Positions 51,111-64,000 of a stretch of 64,000 nucleotides of DNA are shown here, piece after piece (the first letter of the stretch is position 1; the number at the start of each line of letters is the position of its first letter). A program made the translations under genes and the position numbers. The notes beneath the pieces were generated by a model. The model was not told the origin of the DNA. It did no database searches and was given only the letters and a program-made list of their open reading frames with translations. Source of the DNA: Azolla caroliniana (taxonomy: Eukaryota; Plantae; Polypodiophyta); contig JBHGNT010000001.1 of NCBI GenBank assembly GCA_043228905.1, positions 11,594,001-11,658,000 on the forward strand, given 5' to 3'.

Positions 51111-53854
51111 TGTCACGGACACACTAAGTGCGGAATAGGACGGAGCATAAATGATGGGGCTACGAGCGACAGATGAACTTGGAGCTAGATGTGATGAGGC
51201 TAGGAACTCTAGATGTTGTGAGCGACATGAGGGCATGAAGACAGAAATAAAGATCAAGGAGACAAAGATGAGGCGAAACGAGAATAGTAGATTGATGTGT
51301 CAATGATTGGTGTTGAATCCTTTGAAAGGGACCAAGGATGTTACAAGTACTTATACAATTTCCGAGATTGAATATCTCTAGAATATACTTGAGAAATATC
51401 TCAAGAATATACCACAAAATAATTCTACGACTAGAATATTCTCGAATGTACTATACACTAGATTCTACAATATATACAAGTTCACAATCGAATGTGGACA
51501 ATTCACAAGAGTTTCTATATGGTTAACACAACACAATGTATTGTGTGTGTTAAAAGTCGGAGGTTCGAGTCTAGAATGTGACATTATCCCCCCTCTTACG
51601 GCGCCTTCCCAAACTAGTCCTTGGCTTAAGGGGATACTGTTGATGAAAATCTTAGACCACCTTCAAAGTATTTTGTAAATCCTAGACAAGGAGTAACCCT
51701 TCTAGAAGACGAGGTATCAAACACCAACGGGCGTGAGAAACCATGTGCGGTCCTCACGTGGAGCACGAACACCAACGGGCATGAGTGACCATGTTCAGTC
51801 CTCACGGGGAGCACGAACACCAACATGCATGAGCGACCATGTGCGGTCCTCATCGGGAATTGGAACATGAATACCAATGGACATGAGTGACCATGTGTGG
51901 TCCTCACGGAGAACAAGAACACCAACGGGCATGAGAGACCATGTCGGTCCTTGCCAAGAGTTGGAACACGACCACCAACGAGCGTGAGCGACCATGTGTG
52001 GTCCTCATCGGGAAATGGAACATGAACAACAACAGGCATGAGCGACCATGTCGGTCCTCGTCGGGATCTGGAACACGAACAATAGCTGGAGTGAGTGACT
52101 ATGTGCGTCCTCACCGGAGATTGGAACATGATTACCAATGGGCGTGAGTGACCATGTGCGGTCCTCATAGGGAACATGAACATGAACGGGCATGAAAGAC
52201 CATGTCGGTCCTCGTTGAGAGTTGGAACATGAACACCAACGGGTGTGAGCGACCATGTGTGGTCCTCACTAGGAACTAGAACATGAACAACAACGGGCAT
52301 GAACGACCATGTTGGTTCTCACCGGGATCTGGAACACGAACAATAGCTAGATGGAGCGACCATGTGTGGTCCTCACCGGAGATTGGAACATGAACGAGAG
52401 TGAGCGACCATGTGCGCTCCTCATCGAAAACACGAACGGGCGTGAGCGACCATGCGTCCCTCACCGAGAATTGGAACACGAACGAGTGTTAGCGACCATG
52501 TGGCCCTCACCGAGAGTTGGAACACGAACGGACGTGAACGACCATGTGTGGCCCTCTTCGGGAACTAGAACATGAGCGACCATGTGCGGTCCTCATCGAA
52601 AACACGAATGGGCGCAATCGACTATGCGACGCTCATCAAGAACTGGAACACGAATGGACGTGAGCGACCATGCATCCCTCACCGAGAACTGAACACGAAC
52701 GGGCGTGAACGACCATGCATCCCTCACCGAGAACTAGAACACGAACGGACGTGAGCGACCATGCGGCCCTCACCAAGACTAGAACTGGAACAACAACGGG
52801 CGAAGGAGTGCAAGTGAAGCAGTCGACTCAACTTCTTCTATTATGAGAGGGTAAATAGTTGAGGTTAACCCAAGACATGGCACAAACGGTAGCGCTAGCG
52901 AGAAACCCACGCGATCCCCACCAAGCAAGTGAGCAGTTGTGACCCCCATCGAAACTAGAAGGTGAGTGATTGAAATCAGTCCTCGTCAACAGAAAGTGGC
53001 GCGAGACTTGAACTATAACGAAAATGCAGTGCAAGAGAGCGGATTCGATCCCCACCAGGAAAGTGAGTGGATGTGACCCCCACCAGAACTGGGAAGGTGA
53101 GCGATCGAAAGGACTCCTCACCAAAACCGTGATGCAAAATTATACCTAAAAATGATGACAAGTAGTGTTGATGACGACGATGGTTGGGCGAAGAGGTGCT
53201 GAAAATGATGACGTTGAAGACAAGGATGTTGATGACGCTAACTCCGAAAGCAAGAATGATGATGATGGTAACTCTAGAAGCAAAGGTGATGATGAAGATG
53301 GGTGGTGCACCTAGTTGGAAGGGATTCAAACTGTCAGGGACACACCAAGCGCGGACTATGACGGAGCACAGATGATGGGGCTACGAGCGACGGATGAACT
53401 TGGAGCTAGATGTGACAAGGTTAGGAACTCTAGATGTTGTGAGCAACATGAGAGCATGAAGACAGAAATAAAGATCAAGGAGACAAAGATGAGGCAAAAC
53501 GAGAATACTAGATTGATGTGTCAATGACTGGTGTTGAATCCCTTGAAAGGGACCAAGGATGTTACAAGTATTTATACAATTTCCGAGATTGAATATCTCT
53601 AGAATATACTCGAGAAATATCTCTAGAATATACTCGAGAAATATCTCCAGAATATACCCGTTTAGAATATACCACAGAATAATTCTAGAATATACTAATG
53701 ACTAGAATATTCTCGAATGTAATATACACCACACTCTACAATATATACAAGTTCACAATCGAATGTGGACAATTCACAAGAGTTTCCATATGGTTAACAC
53801 AACACAATGTATTGTGTGTGTTAAAAGTCAGAGGTTCGAGTCTAGAATGTGACA
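51111..53854 (-). mobile_element. Non-autonomous LTR retrotransposon (2.7 kb). LTRs at 51111-51583 and 53332-53854.
   Basis: Two similar TGTCA..TGACA direct repeats. PPT (ttatccccccctctt on +) at 51584. Non-coding interior. Diverged TSD ggaac/ggagt. Confidence 0.92.
51720..52805. repeat. Internal tandem array of about 40-60 bp units
   Basis: gagcgaccatgtgcggtcctca..ggaacacgaac..aacgggc is repeated roughly 20 times with variation. Confidence 0.92.
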
Positions 53855-55431
53855 GGAGTGACATTAGCATGGTTTGCACCATTGCTACAAAAAAACTCCT
53901 CTTCTCCAAGATTTCAAAGTTTTTATTAAAGAATTTCACGAAATTGAGGTGACATTGATAGAGTTAGAACGACGATCAACAAAATTCGAAGACCGCGTCA
54001 AGGGGATTGTCATGCCTCCACCTATGCCACATATTTCCCCCTCCTAGCTTTTGATATTTTGTGGGATGAAGAAGCATTAATGGATCAGTTTCGCTATGAA
54101 CTATGAAATGATGTATTTAAGGATTTGTTATTAACTTTCTATGAAGATCCAAGATCACTTACAGAAGCGATAAGTAATGCAATGCAGTGTGACAACCACT
54201 TATTCGACGACATTCAAAGTGTCAACTAATGTCATGTACAAGAAAAAATCAAACATATGCTTTGACAAAAGCCTCAACACATATGAGCCCTACCCAAACT
54301 TCACACATGATTCCATCAAGTGGTCCAAGACACATAGCAATCACCTGCCCACATAGGCCAAAACGACCAATCAATCAAGTAAGTACTAGTGAGTAACTTA
54401 ATTCCATTTCCCCACTTAGATCATTTAGCCCTAACAGTCCCACATGTCTGGGTCAATCCAATAGTTTTGAAGTCTTGAGTCAGATTGATGAAATATTAAA
54501 TGAATAAGTCCAAAAAAAATCAAAGCTATTTGGTTGGACAATCTAGAATATCTAAAGTTTGCCCCAAGTATTGGTTCCATTTTATCGAATCATGTTAGCA
54601 GAGTTTTTTCAACACAAGTTGAGCTTAGCACTTCTAGGTGTCATCGAATTCTTGCCTTTGATCTCTTAGATTCACGAGCCAACTCTTGTTAATTTGCTTT
54701 AACCTAGAAAATCCTATTGAATAACCTCGCTTGTCCTACAATTGTTGCAATCATTGATGGTCGCCCTATTGCATCTAGAGATATAGTTGAAGAATCTGCG
54801 CCAATTCGAGTAGTCATTGGTAACTTGCCTTATGTGATTTCCTTCAATATAAGTATTAGTCTTGATCATCTAGTTGTCCTTGGTTTGAACATCCTAATTT
54901 TGAAATTGGTTGGAGAAAACGATTTCCAACAAAAACCTGAATCCAACTTCATTGTTGTTACCAACCGAGATACAAAACCTCACCAAATCTCGACCATCTC
55001 TCTACAAAGATTATGAGAAGATGAATGGAAAAATGACATGTTTATCTTTGCAATGACAAAAATTCCATGCTCTAGTTCACAAGGGTTAGATACCCTCCTC
55101 CCTACTAAGTACCTAGAATTCGAAGACATCTTCAACAAGAGTAAAGCTAGTACTCTCCCAGATCATCACCCTTATGATTGTCCTATTGTCCTACAACCTG
55201 GGAAAGGGCCACCATGGGGGCTAAAATATAATCTATCACCTTATGAGCTCAAGGCCTGTCGAGAGTATATAAGTGAGAAATCGACAAATTGATTCAGTCG
55301 ACATTCTAAAAGCCTTGTTGGTGCACCCATCTTCTTTGTCAAGAAGAAAGACGGGTCTCTACGACTGGTCGTGGACTATCAAGGTTTAAACAAAATCACA
55401 GTTCAAAACAGATATGCTCTACTCTTGATAT

Positions 55432-55920
55432 TGTGAGGAATAGCGATACGTTTGTGCGGAATAATGCTCGGCCACAACCGAGTCTCAAACACTTTATGGA
55501 AAAACAAAACAGAAATGGAGGTTCGTACACTTACACATAAGAGACAACACAGGATGTTCACGTGGAAAACCCTAATAGAGAAAAACCACGGGAGCCCACA
55601 GACTCCAACTGTCACTATATGAGATAAGAGGTACAACAGGAGACTCAGAGGCAACGAACTCGAGCTCTGTATCTTTGCCAACCGACAACTTCACTTCTCT
55701 CTATCTCTGTACTCCTATGATACAACTACAACAACTCTAACTATTACACAGACACCTAAAGTGATTGCCCTAAGTCATATTTATACTTGTATGACTTTTA
55801 ACACGTTCGCGTTCAGAAGTGGAAGGATCGCACATTCCACTTTTAGATTCCCTTTATAGTTACACAATTTTAGCTTGTTGTGAAATATGACGTGCACCAG
55901 TATCACATGATAAACCACAA
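55432..55920 (-). mobile_element. LTR fragment/solo LTR, related to the 32822-33380 type; right boundary approximate
   Basis: Starts TGTGAGG exactly where the gypsy RT frame stops. Contains cacgtggaaaaccct..gaaaaaccacggg and a TATA box on the - strand. Confidence 0.65.
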
Positions 55921-56038
55921 AGGGTGAATTTATTGATTTATTAATCGGATACATCTCTATACCGAGAGAACATGCTATTTATTGGAGAAAATATAAATGT
56001 ACTAAATTTATTCTTGCAATGTTTACAAATTTAGGGTT

Positions 56039-58545
56039 GGTTTTTTTTTTTTTCAAAAAAAATTCTACTTCCATTAGTTAAGAAAAAGTACATGGAATAA
56101 TATACAACTCATATGTTACAAGCCACTTTCCAATGGCTACAACAAAACATCATGTATAAATGAAGCAACTAAGCCTCATCACATAATTACTCGATAGACG
56201 CCCATCAACATGAGCCTCACACACCCACATTCAGCAAAGACACCCGCTAATCACTTCACAATTCAACACCTACCTCTATGTTTGGTATGCTAGGAGGGAA
56301 CAACCATCAGGGAGGCTGATATATCCACTTTGCATTGCCATCCACCATCTGTACCATTGGGGAACCTCTCCATTTTAGAAGGAAGCGGTACCTAGCTTCT
56401 TCACTCACATCAGAGGGCCCTTGAAGGCTATCAAACTTACCTCGTAGCGTAGAAATCAGATTAAACCAAATCATCATTAAACTCTCAGCCGATGGGGTTC
56501 GCTTCCCGGTAAAAGACTCCTTACACCTTGCTACCCATACTTGCCAAACAGTAAGGCCAACCACTAAAATCCAAACATCTACGTATCGGTCATGTATGAA
56601 GAATGAATCTCCTTGAGTTGCAAGCTTAACTGTACCATTCGCCACCTTTAAAGAAGGGCTATTTCCATTCCGCCCATGAAACCATGCAGCCGAGTCAGTA
56701 GCTAACCAAACAATGGCTGCACTTGATACCTAAAATTCAACCCCACAACGAGCTAGAATTCTTAAGCTCCTCTTCCAAACTTCTTGGGCTTGCGGGCAAC
56801 TCCATAAACAATGTGCGATGTCCTCCAAAATCACTCCATAGGCCTTGCAGTTACTCATGCCACCCCTTTTCCCCAGCCACTCTTCGGTTGGAACAGCCCG
56901 ATGGGTGATTAGCCAAAAAAACACCTTAACCCTCTCGGGGAGGGAAGAGTTCCATATCATGCTCTTGGTTTTATGTACAAAGACCGAATCAACAGCTACA
57001 CTTCTCACGATGCAAGCATAAATGCCTACCCAAGCGATTTGAGAAGTCAAAGAAACCATGTGATTTACCTTGTTCATCCCTCCACACATATCCTGCAGGA
57101 TCCCATTCTAAACACTCAAGTGGCTTGCCTTCAATTACATACCAGATCCAATCCTCCTCAACCTCAGCAATTGATGGATTCACCTTCCATTTCTTACTGT
57201 CTCGTGCCACAATTCTAATCGGGGACCAACGAGCACCTACAACTACAGATCCCAACTGGATGATCTTCCCATTCTTTCTTATACCCTTGGCATTGATAAC
57301 TTTTCCGGCATCATCACATTTTCCAAACCATTCACCCTCGTCCCCATTACTAATAGGAATAGAGTAAACAACTTTATCGACTAGATCAAGCATCTTCCTA
57401 CCATTTCTGAACTTTCTCGCATCTTCATATAATTTATCCCGATTACTAGGGGACAACTGCATCCAATTTGCCATTGACTGAATTCCAATACCATGCAATA
57501 TAGCCCATGACATACCCTTGTGTTGGCCAAGTATCTTCCCCTCGATCGACTTTAAGTGTTGTCCAGAGGACAGAAATGTAAATTTAGGAAATTAGCAAAC
57601 GCCGAGTCCGAGTATCACGGGCCACCGACGGCTCGGCTGTGTATTAGGGGAAAAGTTATTTAAACGAGGAGCAGTACCTCAGAGGAGAGAGAAGAAAACT
57701 ATAGGCGGAAGCACTAGCTTAGTCATTCGTAATTAGAAAAACTCGTAAGGTCACTGGCCATAGGCCGTGTTCTGTAATATTTTCTGCCATAGTAATATAT
57801 CTTATTTGTGCCTATTTTTGCTGCATGAGTCTGTGCTTTGATCCATACCTATGAGTTTCACGCCGCCACGTCTATCAAGACCTCGCTAGTGTTTTCTCTC
57901 TGAGCCCTGTATCTCTCTCGACGCCTCTGTTACGAGCCTTCACGTACCACACCCTTGAAGACTGATAAACGCAGATCTATTGAAGGTGTTCACCCAAAGG
58001 AACGGGTAACATTAAGGTCTTGTTCCACAATAGGGGTTGGTGCATCCATTCAACATTAGTACTTGGACCTATATGCCTAAGATGCCCACGGAGCATATCC
58101 CACGCCTTCATCACTGACATACATGTGCGATCAGCCAATCAATTAGATTTCCTAAGCTTTAAGTCCATACAAAAGAGCCATGATATGTGGCTTCCACTAT
58201 CCACCAAGTCGTGGACTCCAAAGGATGCTCCTATTAAAAATCAATGTTTTCCACAACTCATTTCCGGGCAGCAAGCTCCTTACCAATACCTTACATAGCA
58301 ATGATTGACTTTGTACTCCAGGGTCTATCAATCCTAGACCCCCCTTACTTTTGGGAAGAATCAACGTAGACCATGATACTTTAGTTTCCGTGTTGTCTTT
58401 CCTATTCCCAACCCATAGAAAGCCCCTAATACACGCTTTAACAATACGAATAGCATGCTTGTCAAACATCCACACTGAGATCGCGTGCCACATAGTAGAC
58501 AAGGGCACATGGTTAGCTACTATGATCCTGCAAGTGCGAATATAA
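56039..58545 (-). mobile_element. L1-like LINE 3' portion (end of RT, zf-RVT, 3' UTR, poly-A)
   Basis: IRGFLWVG..KVSWSTLILPKSKGGLGL and KVFFWLITHRAVPT..EDIAHCLWSCPQAQEVW. A poly-T run on + at about 56039-56053. Confidence 0.88.
57557..58011 (+). mobile_element. Solo LTR inserted in the LINE
   Basis: TGTTG...TAACA ends with a perfect 5-bp TSD TTAAG (57552-57556 and 58012-58016). Orientation is tentative. Confidence 0.9.
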
Positions 58546-58546
58546 T

Positions 58547-61500
58547 ATGCTAAACCGCACAACGGCGGCACCGGTCCGCCAGATCGAGCCACGAAATACA
58601 TACTCTCGGCAGGACGAGCGATATATCTACCGAGACCAGGATAACGACCAACCGCGATCCCCGGATCGATGGCGCCGAAACGACGACTACCAACATGATA
58701 ATCGCCGTGATTATTATCGCGATGACCGGCACGACGATTATGCTCGATACGATGACGATCGCGATGATCGGTATGATCGAAGGAACTCACGCATGGATCG
58801 GCGAAACGGCAATCGCAACACACGCAACAATAGAAGACCTAATCACAACTGCCGACGGGACGCTCCTCAACATGACCAGCGCAACTCCAACGCACCTCGG
58901 AACAACCCACCACCAAACGAGACCGAGGATCAACAACAACAGCTTCCACACACACACCGAGCGGACACCAGTAGCTCGGCCAACGTGACATGTTTTAAAT
59001 GTAACCAGCCAGGCCACTACGCCACGCAATGTCCGACAACCAACCGTGGCAAGGCACCCGCGGTAAACAGTATCATGGCCGATGTTCAAACGGTAACTAC
59101 CCGGAGTAAAGCGCACACTACTCAGTGGCTAATCCAGGATGAAGTACGACAGGCAGCAAAAGAATGGGTCGACACGGCCAATAAAAATAATGCCGCACGC
59201 ATGCAAACTGACATGAGGGACGGGCCCAATGAAGTACCACAAACCCCGACACCATCCACGTCGTCGGAGGACGACCAACTATGGGATGTTCTTACCAACT
59301 CCCGCATCTCGCTGCCCCTACATAAACTGCTACCACTCATGCCGAGATTTCGGGACACCCTGGCGGCACTACAGGCCAATACTAAGGCCATGACACCACC
59401 GGTACACCTCACCGAAGCAGGAACCGGTCCACCACTCATGGATTCTCAGAACCCAGCCGTGTGAATCATCATTAAGGGACAAGACCTGCACGGATGCATC
59501 ATCGACGGCGGATCCGGCGTAAACGTTATTAGCGAGTCAACGTGTCTCAACCTTGGCCCGAATCAATGGGAACCATGCCCCTTTTGGCTTCAGATGGCCG
59601 ACACCCGCTCTGTTCGCCCCATTGGGTTAATCCGCCATCTCGACTTCACACTCGGAGGCCACATGTTCACGATCTCGGCCGTCGTGCTACGACTGGAGAC
59701 ACAAGGCGCCTACCCAATGTTACTAGGTCGACCATGGTTGCGTACAACGAATATCAAGCAACATTGGCAACGCAACATGATCTCGTTCCGAAGAGGGAAG
59801 ACAAAAGTCCAAATCATCACTGAAGAACGGGTCCCCGTCGCCCTCAACACTTCGCCGTTATACGCGGAAGGGGTCCATATGCTCGACGGGTTGGCCGATG
59901 AGGAGGTCGATGACTTCCTAGATGATCATCCCACGATCATCCCTCTCTTCAAAATCAATGCCTTACCAACCATCAAGCCATCTAAAGACGAGGAAGTCAC
60001 GGAGGAGTCACCACCCCAGGATGAACCCGATGCAACCACAGTTGCCGAGCTACGTCATGCTCGGGAAGCTTTCGAACGCGAACTCGCCATTTCACAACGA
60101 GTGAAAGCATCAACCCTGGAAACAATAAACCTCGGTTCGGATGAGAATCCCCGTACGGTACAAATTGCTAATAATCTACCAACCGGCGAACGGGCATGCC
60201 TCATAAAATTACTCACCGACTACCAGGATGTTTTCGCTTGGTCTTACACCGATATGAAGGGGTGGGATCCTCAATACTACCAACATCAAATTCACATCTT
60301 ACCCGACACTCGGCCGGTTCAGCAGAGGCGCTACAGGATGAACCCCAACTACGCCGCTAAAGTCAAAGAGGAAATTAACAAACTACTCCGAGTGGGCTTC
60401 ATTCGCCCTGTTAAACGGGCTACATGGTTGAGCCCGATCGTAGTGGTCCCAAAGAAGAACGGAAAAATTCGCGTCTGCGTCGACTAATGCGGCAATAGTC
60501 ACCGACGGTTTCCCTCTCCCATTCACAGATAGCGTCCTCGACACGGTAGCCGGCCACGAATGCTATAGTTTCCTCGACGGGTTCAGCGGCTATGACCAAA
60601 TAAGAATGCACCCGGAGGATCAGGAGAAAACCGCTTTCGTCACGGAATGGGGTGTTTTTGTAGCAGAAGTTATGATGTTCGGTCTAAAAACGGCGCCGGC
60701 TATGTTCCAGCGCATTATCACCAAAATCTTTCATGACTACATCCCGGCGTTCATGCAAGTCTTTCTCGACGATTTCGCCGTGTATGGCCATCAACGGGAA
60801 CACATGACCCAGTTACGACTCTGCCTGGACCGATGTCGCCAAGCTCGATTGAGTTTAAACCCGGCGAAATGCGCGTTCTTAGTCACCAGCGGCAACCTTC
60901 TCGGCCACATTGTCAGTCAAGAAGGCATCGCTATGGACCCGAATAAAGTAAAGGCAATCCTGAATGCCACCGCACGCTCGAACGCTAGGCACTAAGCCGT
61001 TTTTTGGGACAGATCCGGTGGCACAGCCGAATGATACGACACCTGGCCGATTTCGCGACACCCTTACACGCGACAGTCCATCGCCTTCCTTTCCAATGGA
61101 CATCAGTCGAGGACACAGCCTATCAGACCCTGAAACGAATGTTGTCACATGCCCCGGTGGTCTAGTCTCCGGTTTGGTCCGAACCGTTTCATGTCTTCGT
61201 AGATGCTTCAGACATCGCCATCGGAAGTGCTCTGATGCAATGCACACCCCCGAATTGGTATAGGCCCGTGTACTACGCCAGCCGACGGCTCTCGACCGCG
61301 GAAAAGAATTACTCCACCACCGAGCGGGAGGCCCTCGGTATGATTTATAGCATCAATCAATTTCAGCATTACCTCTTGGGCCGAAAATTTACCTTTCACG
61401 TGGATCACTCGGCCCTTCTTTATTTGGTGAATAAACAAGCCCTCACCGGACGGTTGGCTCGGTGGATGCTCCTACTACAAGAGTTTGATTTTCAGATTCA

Positions 61501-64000
61501 CAATCGACCCGGGGTACAACATGCCGTCGCCGACTACTTGAGCCGTCTTGAGTCAGGAGAACCGGCGAAAACAACGTACGACGAGCTACCGGACGCTAGC
61601 CTATTTAACCTGACCACGGTACCAGACGATAACGGAGATGAATGGATCATGAAGATGACCCATTTTCTCACTACCGGTGTACCTCCCGAGCACATGACCC
61701 TTGACACGAGAAAACGCCTAGCAGTGCGTAGCCGGAATTTTTGCCTCGTCTCGGACATTCTCTACCACAAAGGCTCGGATGGCATATGGCGCCGAGCGAT
61801 TCGGCAGTTCGAGAAGAACGCCGTTCTTCAGGAAGCCCACCAGGGAGTAGCTGGGGGACACTACGCCGGGGATTCCACGACAAGGAAAGTTTGGCAAAGT
61901 GGATTATGGTGGCCGACAACGAAGAAAGACGCTCACGAGTTTTGCCGGCAGTGCGATTTGTGCCAACGTCTTGTGCAACCAATGGAATAGTCACGGATGC
62001 CACACCAGCCGATTCTTCCGTTGGACCCATTTCAAAAATGGGGTTTGGATTTTGTAGGCCCTTTCAAACCACCCGCGGCCCGAACAAGGAATAGGTATAT
62101 TATCGTTGCCACGGATTACTGCACCAAATGGGTCGAGGCTAAGGCACTCCGAGATAACACGACGGCATCCACGACTAAATTTGTGTATGAGCACCTCTGG
62201 TGCCGTTACGGATGTCCAATCGAGCTCGTTAGTGACCAAGGTGGGCACTTCATCAATCATATAATACGTGAGCTTACACACCACTACGCGGTGGTGCACA
62301 AGAAAAGCACACCATACTACCCGCAGACGAACGGCTTGGCCGAATCGACCAATAAAATCCTCCAAACCATACTGAAGAAGATCGTCAATGAAAACAGGAC
62401 CGATTGGGATGACAAACTCCAGAGCGCGTTGTGGGCGTATTGTACGACTTTCAAAACAAGCATCCAATCGACCCCCTTTCGAATGGCGTTCGGGTTAGAA
62501 GTCGTAATGCCCGTCGAGTTCCAAGTCCCGAGCCTCCGAGTTCAAGTCAAAGCACGGCTCCCCGAGGCCGAATCCGAGCAATACCGGCTGGAACAACTCC
62601 TCGAACTCGGGGAGGATAGGATAGAGAGTATGGCCCAGCTCGAACAACGCCAACGGCAATGCAAGGCTTTCGTGGATTGACATCGACATGGGTTGGAGAA
62701 GGAGCTCACCATAGGCAAACCAGTTCTTCTTTTCCAAACACGACTCTGGTCAATGCCGGGAAAATTAAGATTTTGGTGGACTGGTCCATTCTGGATTATC
62801 GACGAGTTCAACGGGACGTTCCAGCTCGGCACACTCGCCGGCGACGCGGTCAAAAGTTGGGCCAATGGTTTTCGACTTCGACCATATTGAGGGACTACAC
62901 CACCCAACCCGTTTACCAAGCCACACGGCACAAACAAGTTTCGGGAGACCACCACGGAGGACGCCACGTGTCCCCCTAAATAAGGACTCACCCACCTTCT
63001 TGAAATTAATAAAAGTAGTAGTAGGTAGGATTAACCATAGTTTAGCCACTGATTAGCTACACCTACACCACCCACCTAGGCACCCACAATTTTAGGAGCA
63101 CCCCTCGCCACCACTCAGTTAGTACCTATTTAAGCTGTTCACACATGCAAAGCACATGCAAAGCACTAGAAGCACCCCACTCACCTTCAGGACACGTGGT
63201 GTTAGTCACTTATTATGGCACACACGACTCAGAATCTTCAGGATTCACTTCAGGCACAAAACCCTAGGAATAAGTTACTAAAACCGTTTCCAAAACGCAG
63301 CACAGACCATTATCGCTCCCCATCTCCATCGCTCTCAAGATCAGAAACCCCGTCTCACCCTCATCACGCTAAGCGCTCTTGCTCTCAAGCCCTCTTTCGC
63401 TCTCATAACCTCTCTGCTGGACTTCCCCTTCCTGTTGTTCCTCTTGTGGCTCGCCCTCGCCTCATCACTTTGCTTCACGCTTCCACACAGTCGAACCCCG
63501 TCTCCATCTCCACCATGCCTCTTACCGCCTCAACAGAAACCCGCGCCTGGCTCCAGGAACGAGGAATGGGCGGTTACCTAAAGATCATCGATGCCCCCGC
63601 GCACCCAGATGCCCAAACTGTGGCTAAACGTATAAGTCCCGAAGCCATCACCATTCGACAGCCAACGTCGCGCCCCTCGGTAACGTCCCCAGGACCTAGC
63701 CCACGCCCCAACACACAGCAAGCTGCACCACCACGACCCCAGAAAAGGAAGCAGGCGGAGGAAACGACACTATCGGCCCCGGAACCCCAAACACACCCAA
63801 GCAAGAGAAGACGACTCAACCGCGAGTCCTCGGAAGAACAGAAGGAGCCACAACAGGAGCAAGCCTTAGTGGTTAGATAGAGCAACCTAGCCATCACCCC
63901 TGCGGAGGCATCGCTGAACCAGGGAACGATCAAGCATGGGTAGACAACACAGATCTCGGAGGATGAAGTCCTCGGGTATAAGGACCTCCCCGTGGAGGCT
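58547..64000 (+). mobile_element. GC-rich Ty3/gypsy element, 5'-truncated: gag CCHC-PR-RT-RNaseH-integrase plus an extra 3' ORF; runs off the window
   Basis: CFKCNQPGHYATQC, IIDGGSGVN, WLSPIVVVPKKNGKIRVCVD, FLDDF, YYASRRLSTAEKNYSTTEREALG, H..H..C..C and PFQKWGLDFVGP..LVSDQG..QTNGLAE. Several stops and frameshifts (59462, 60485, 61988, 62678). Confidence 0.95.

Larger units (their letters stand above)
50900..55431 (+). mobile_element. Degenerate Ty3/gypsy (chromovirus-like) gag-PR-RT start, interrupted at 51111-53854 and cut off at 55432
   Basis: Gag FLNQVRLVIHMHPNKYP..GTLLTG continues after the insertion as LAWFAPLL. Later come LPDHHPYDCPIVLQPGKGPPWG..YNLSP and [32 protein letters not shown]. 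Confidence 0.85.

Noticed and set aside
51626-52754. ORFs of up to 224 aa in the LTR element interior
   Set aside because: They are periodic translations of the tandem array.
58197-58823. 208-aa minus-strand ORF
   Set aside because: It is a chimera of antisense gypsy gag and LINE RT sequence across the junction, not a gene.

Overview
Eukaryotic, AT-rich, intron-containing land-plant DNA. The microsatellite-rich promoters and LTR families suggest a fern or other seed-free plant (inference). There are two host genes: a RopGEF/PRONE gene (+, 7794-14102, 8 coding exons) and a GAMYB-type R2R3-MYB gene (-, about 40045-43359) with a miR159/319 site. Both sit among nested transposon debris. The main result is a 7,590-bp cut-and-paste DNA transposon at 24241-31830 with 37-bp TIRs and a GTTA target-site duplication. 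It carries two divergent genes. One is a Sola-like (DUF7869-type) DDD transposase with a C-terminal BAH/Tudor-like module. The other is a six-exon, roughly 968-aa cargo gene fusing a ParB/Srx-like domain to a prokaryote-type beta-class N4C/N6A DNA amino-methyltransferase. Removing the element rejoins an interrupted ORF of an older transposon with TAGCTA-rich arrays, which itself abuts a copia remnant. Both genes in this copy have nonsense lesions. The right third is a retroelement nest: a non-autonomous LTR element with a Tf1-like self-priming PBS inside a gypsy gag, solo LTRs, a LINE and a GC-rich gypsy element. All family assignments come from motif recognition by eye, not database searches.
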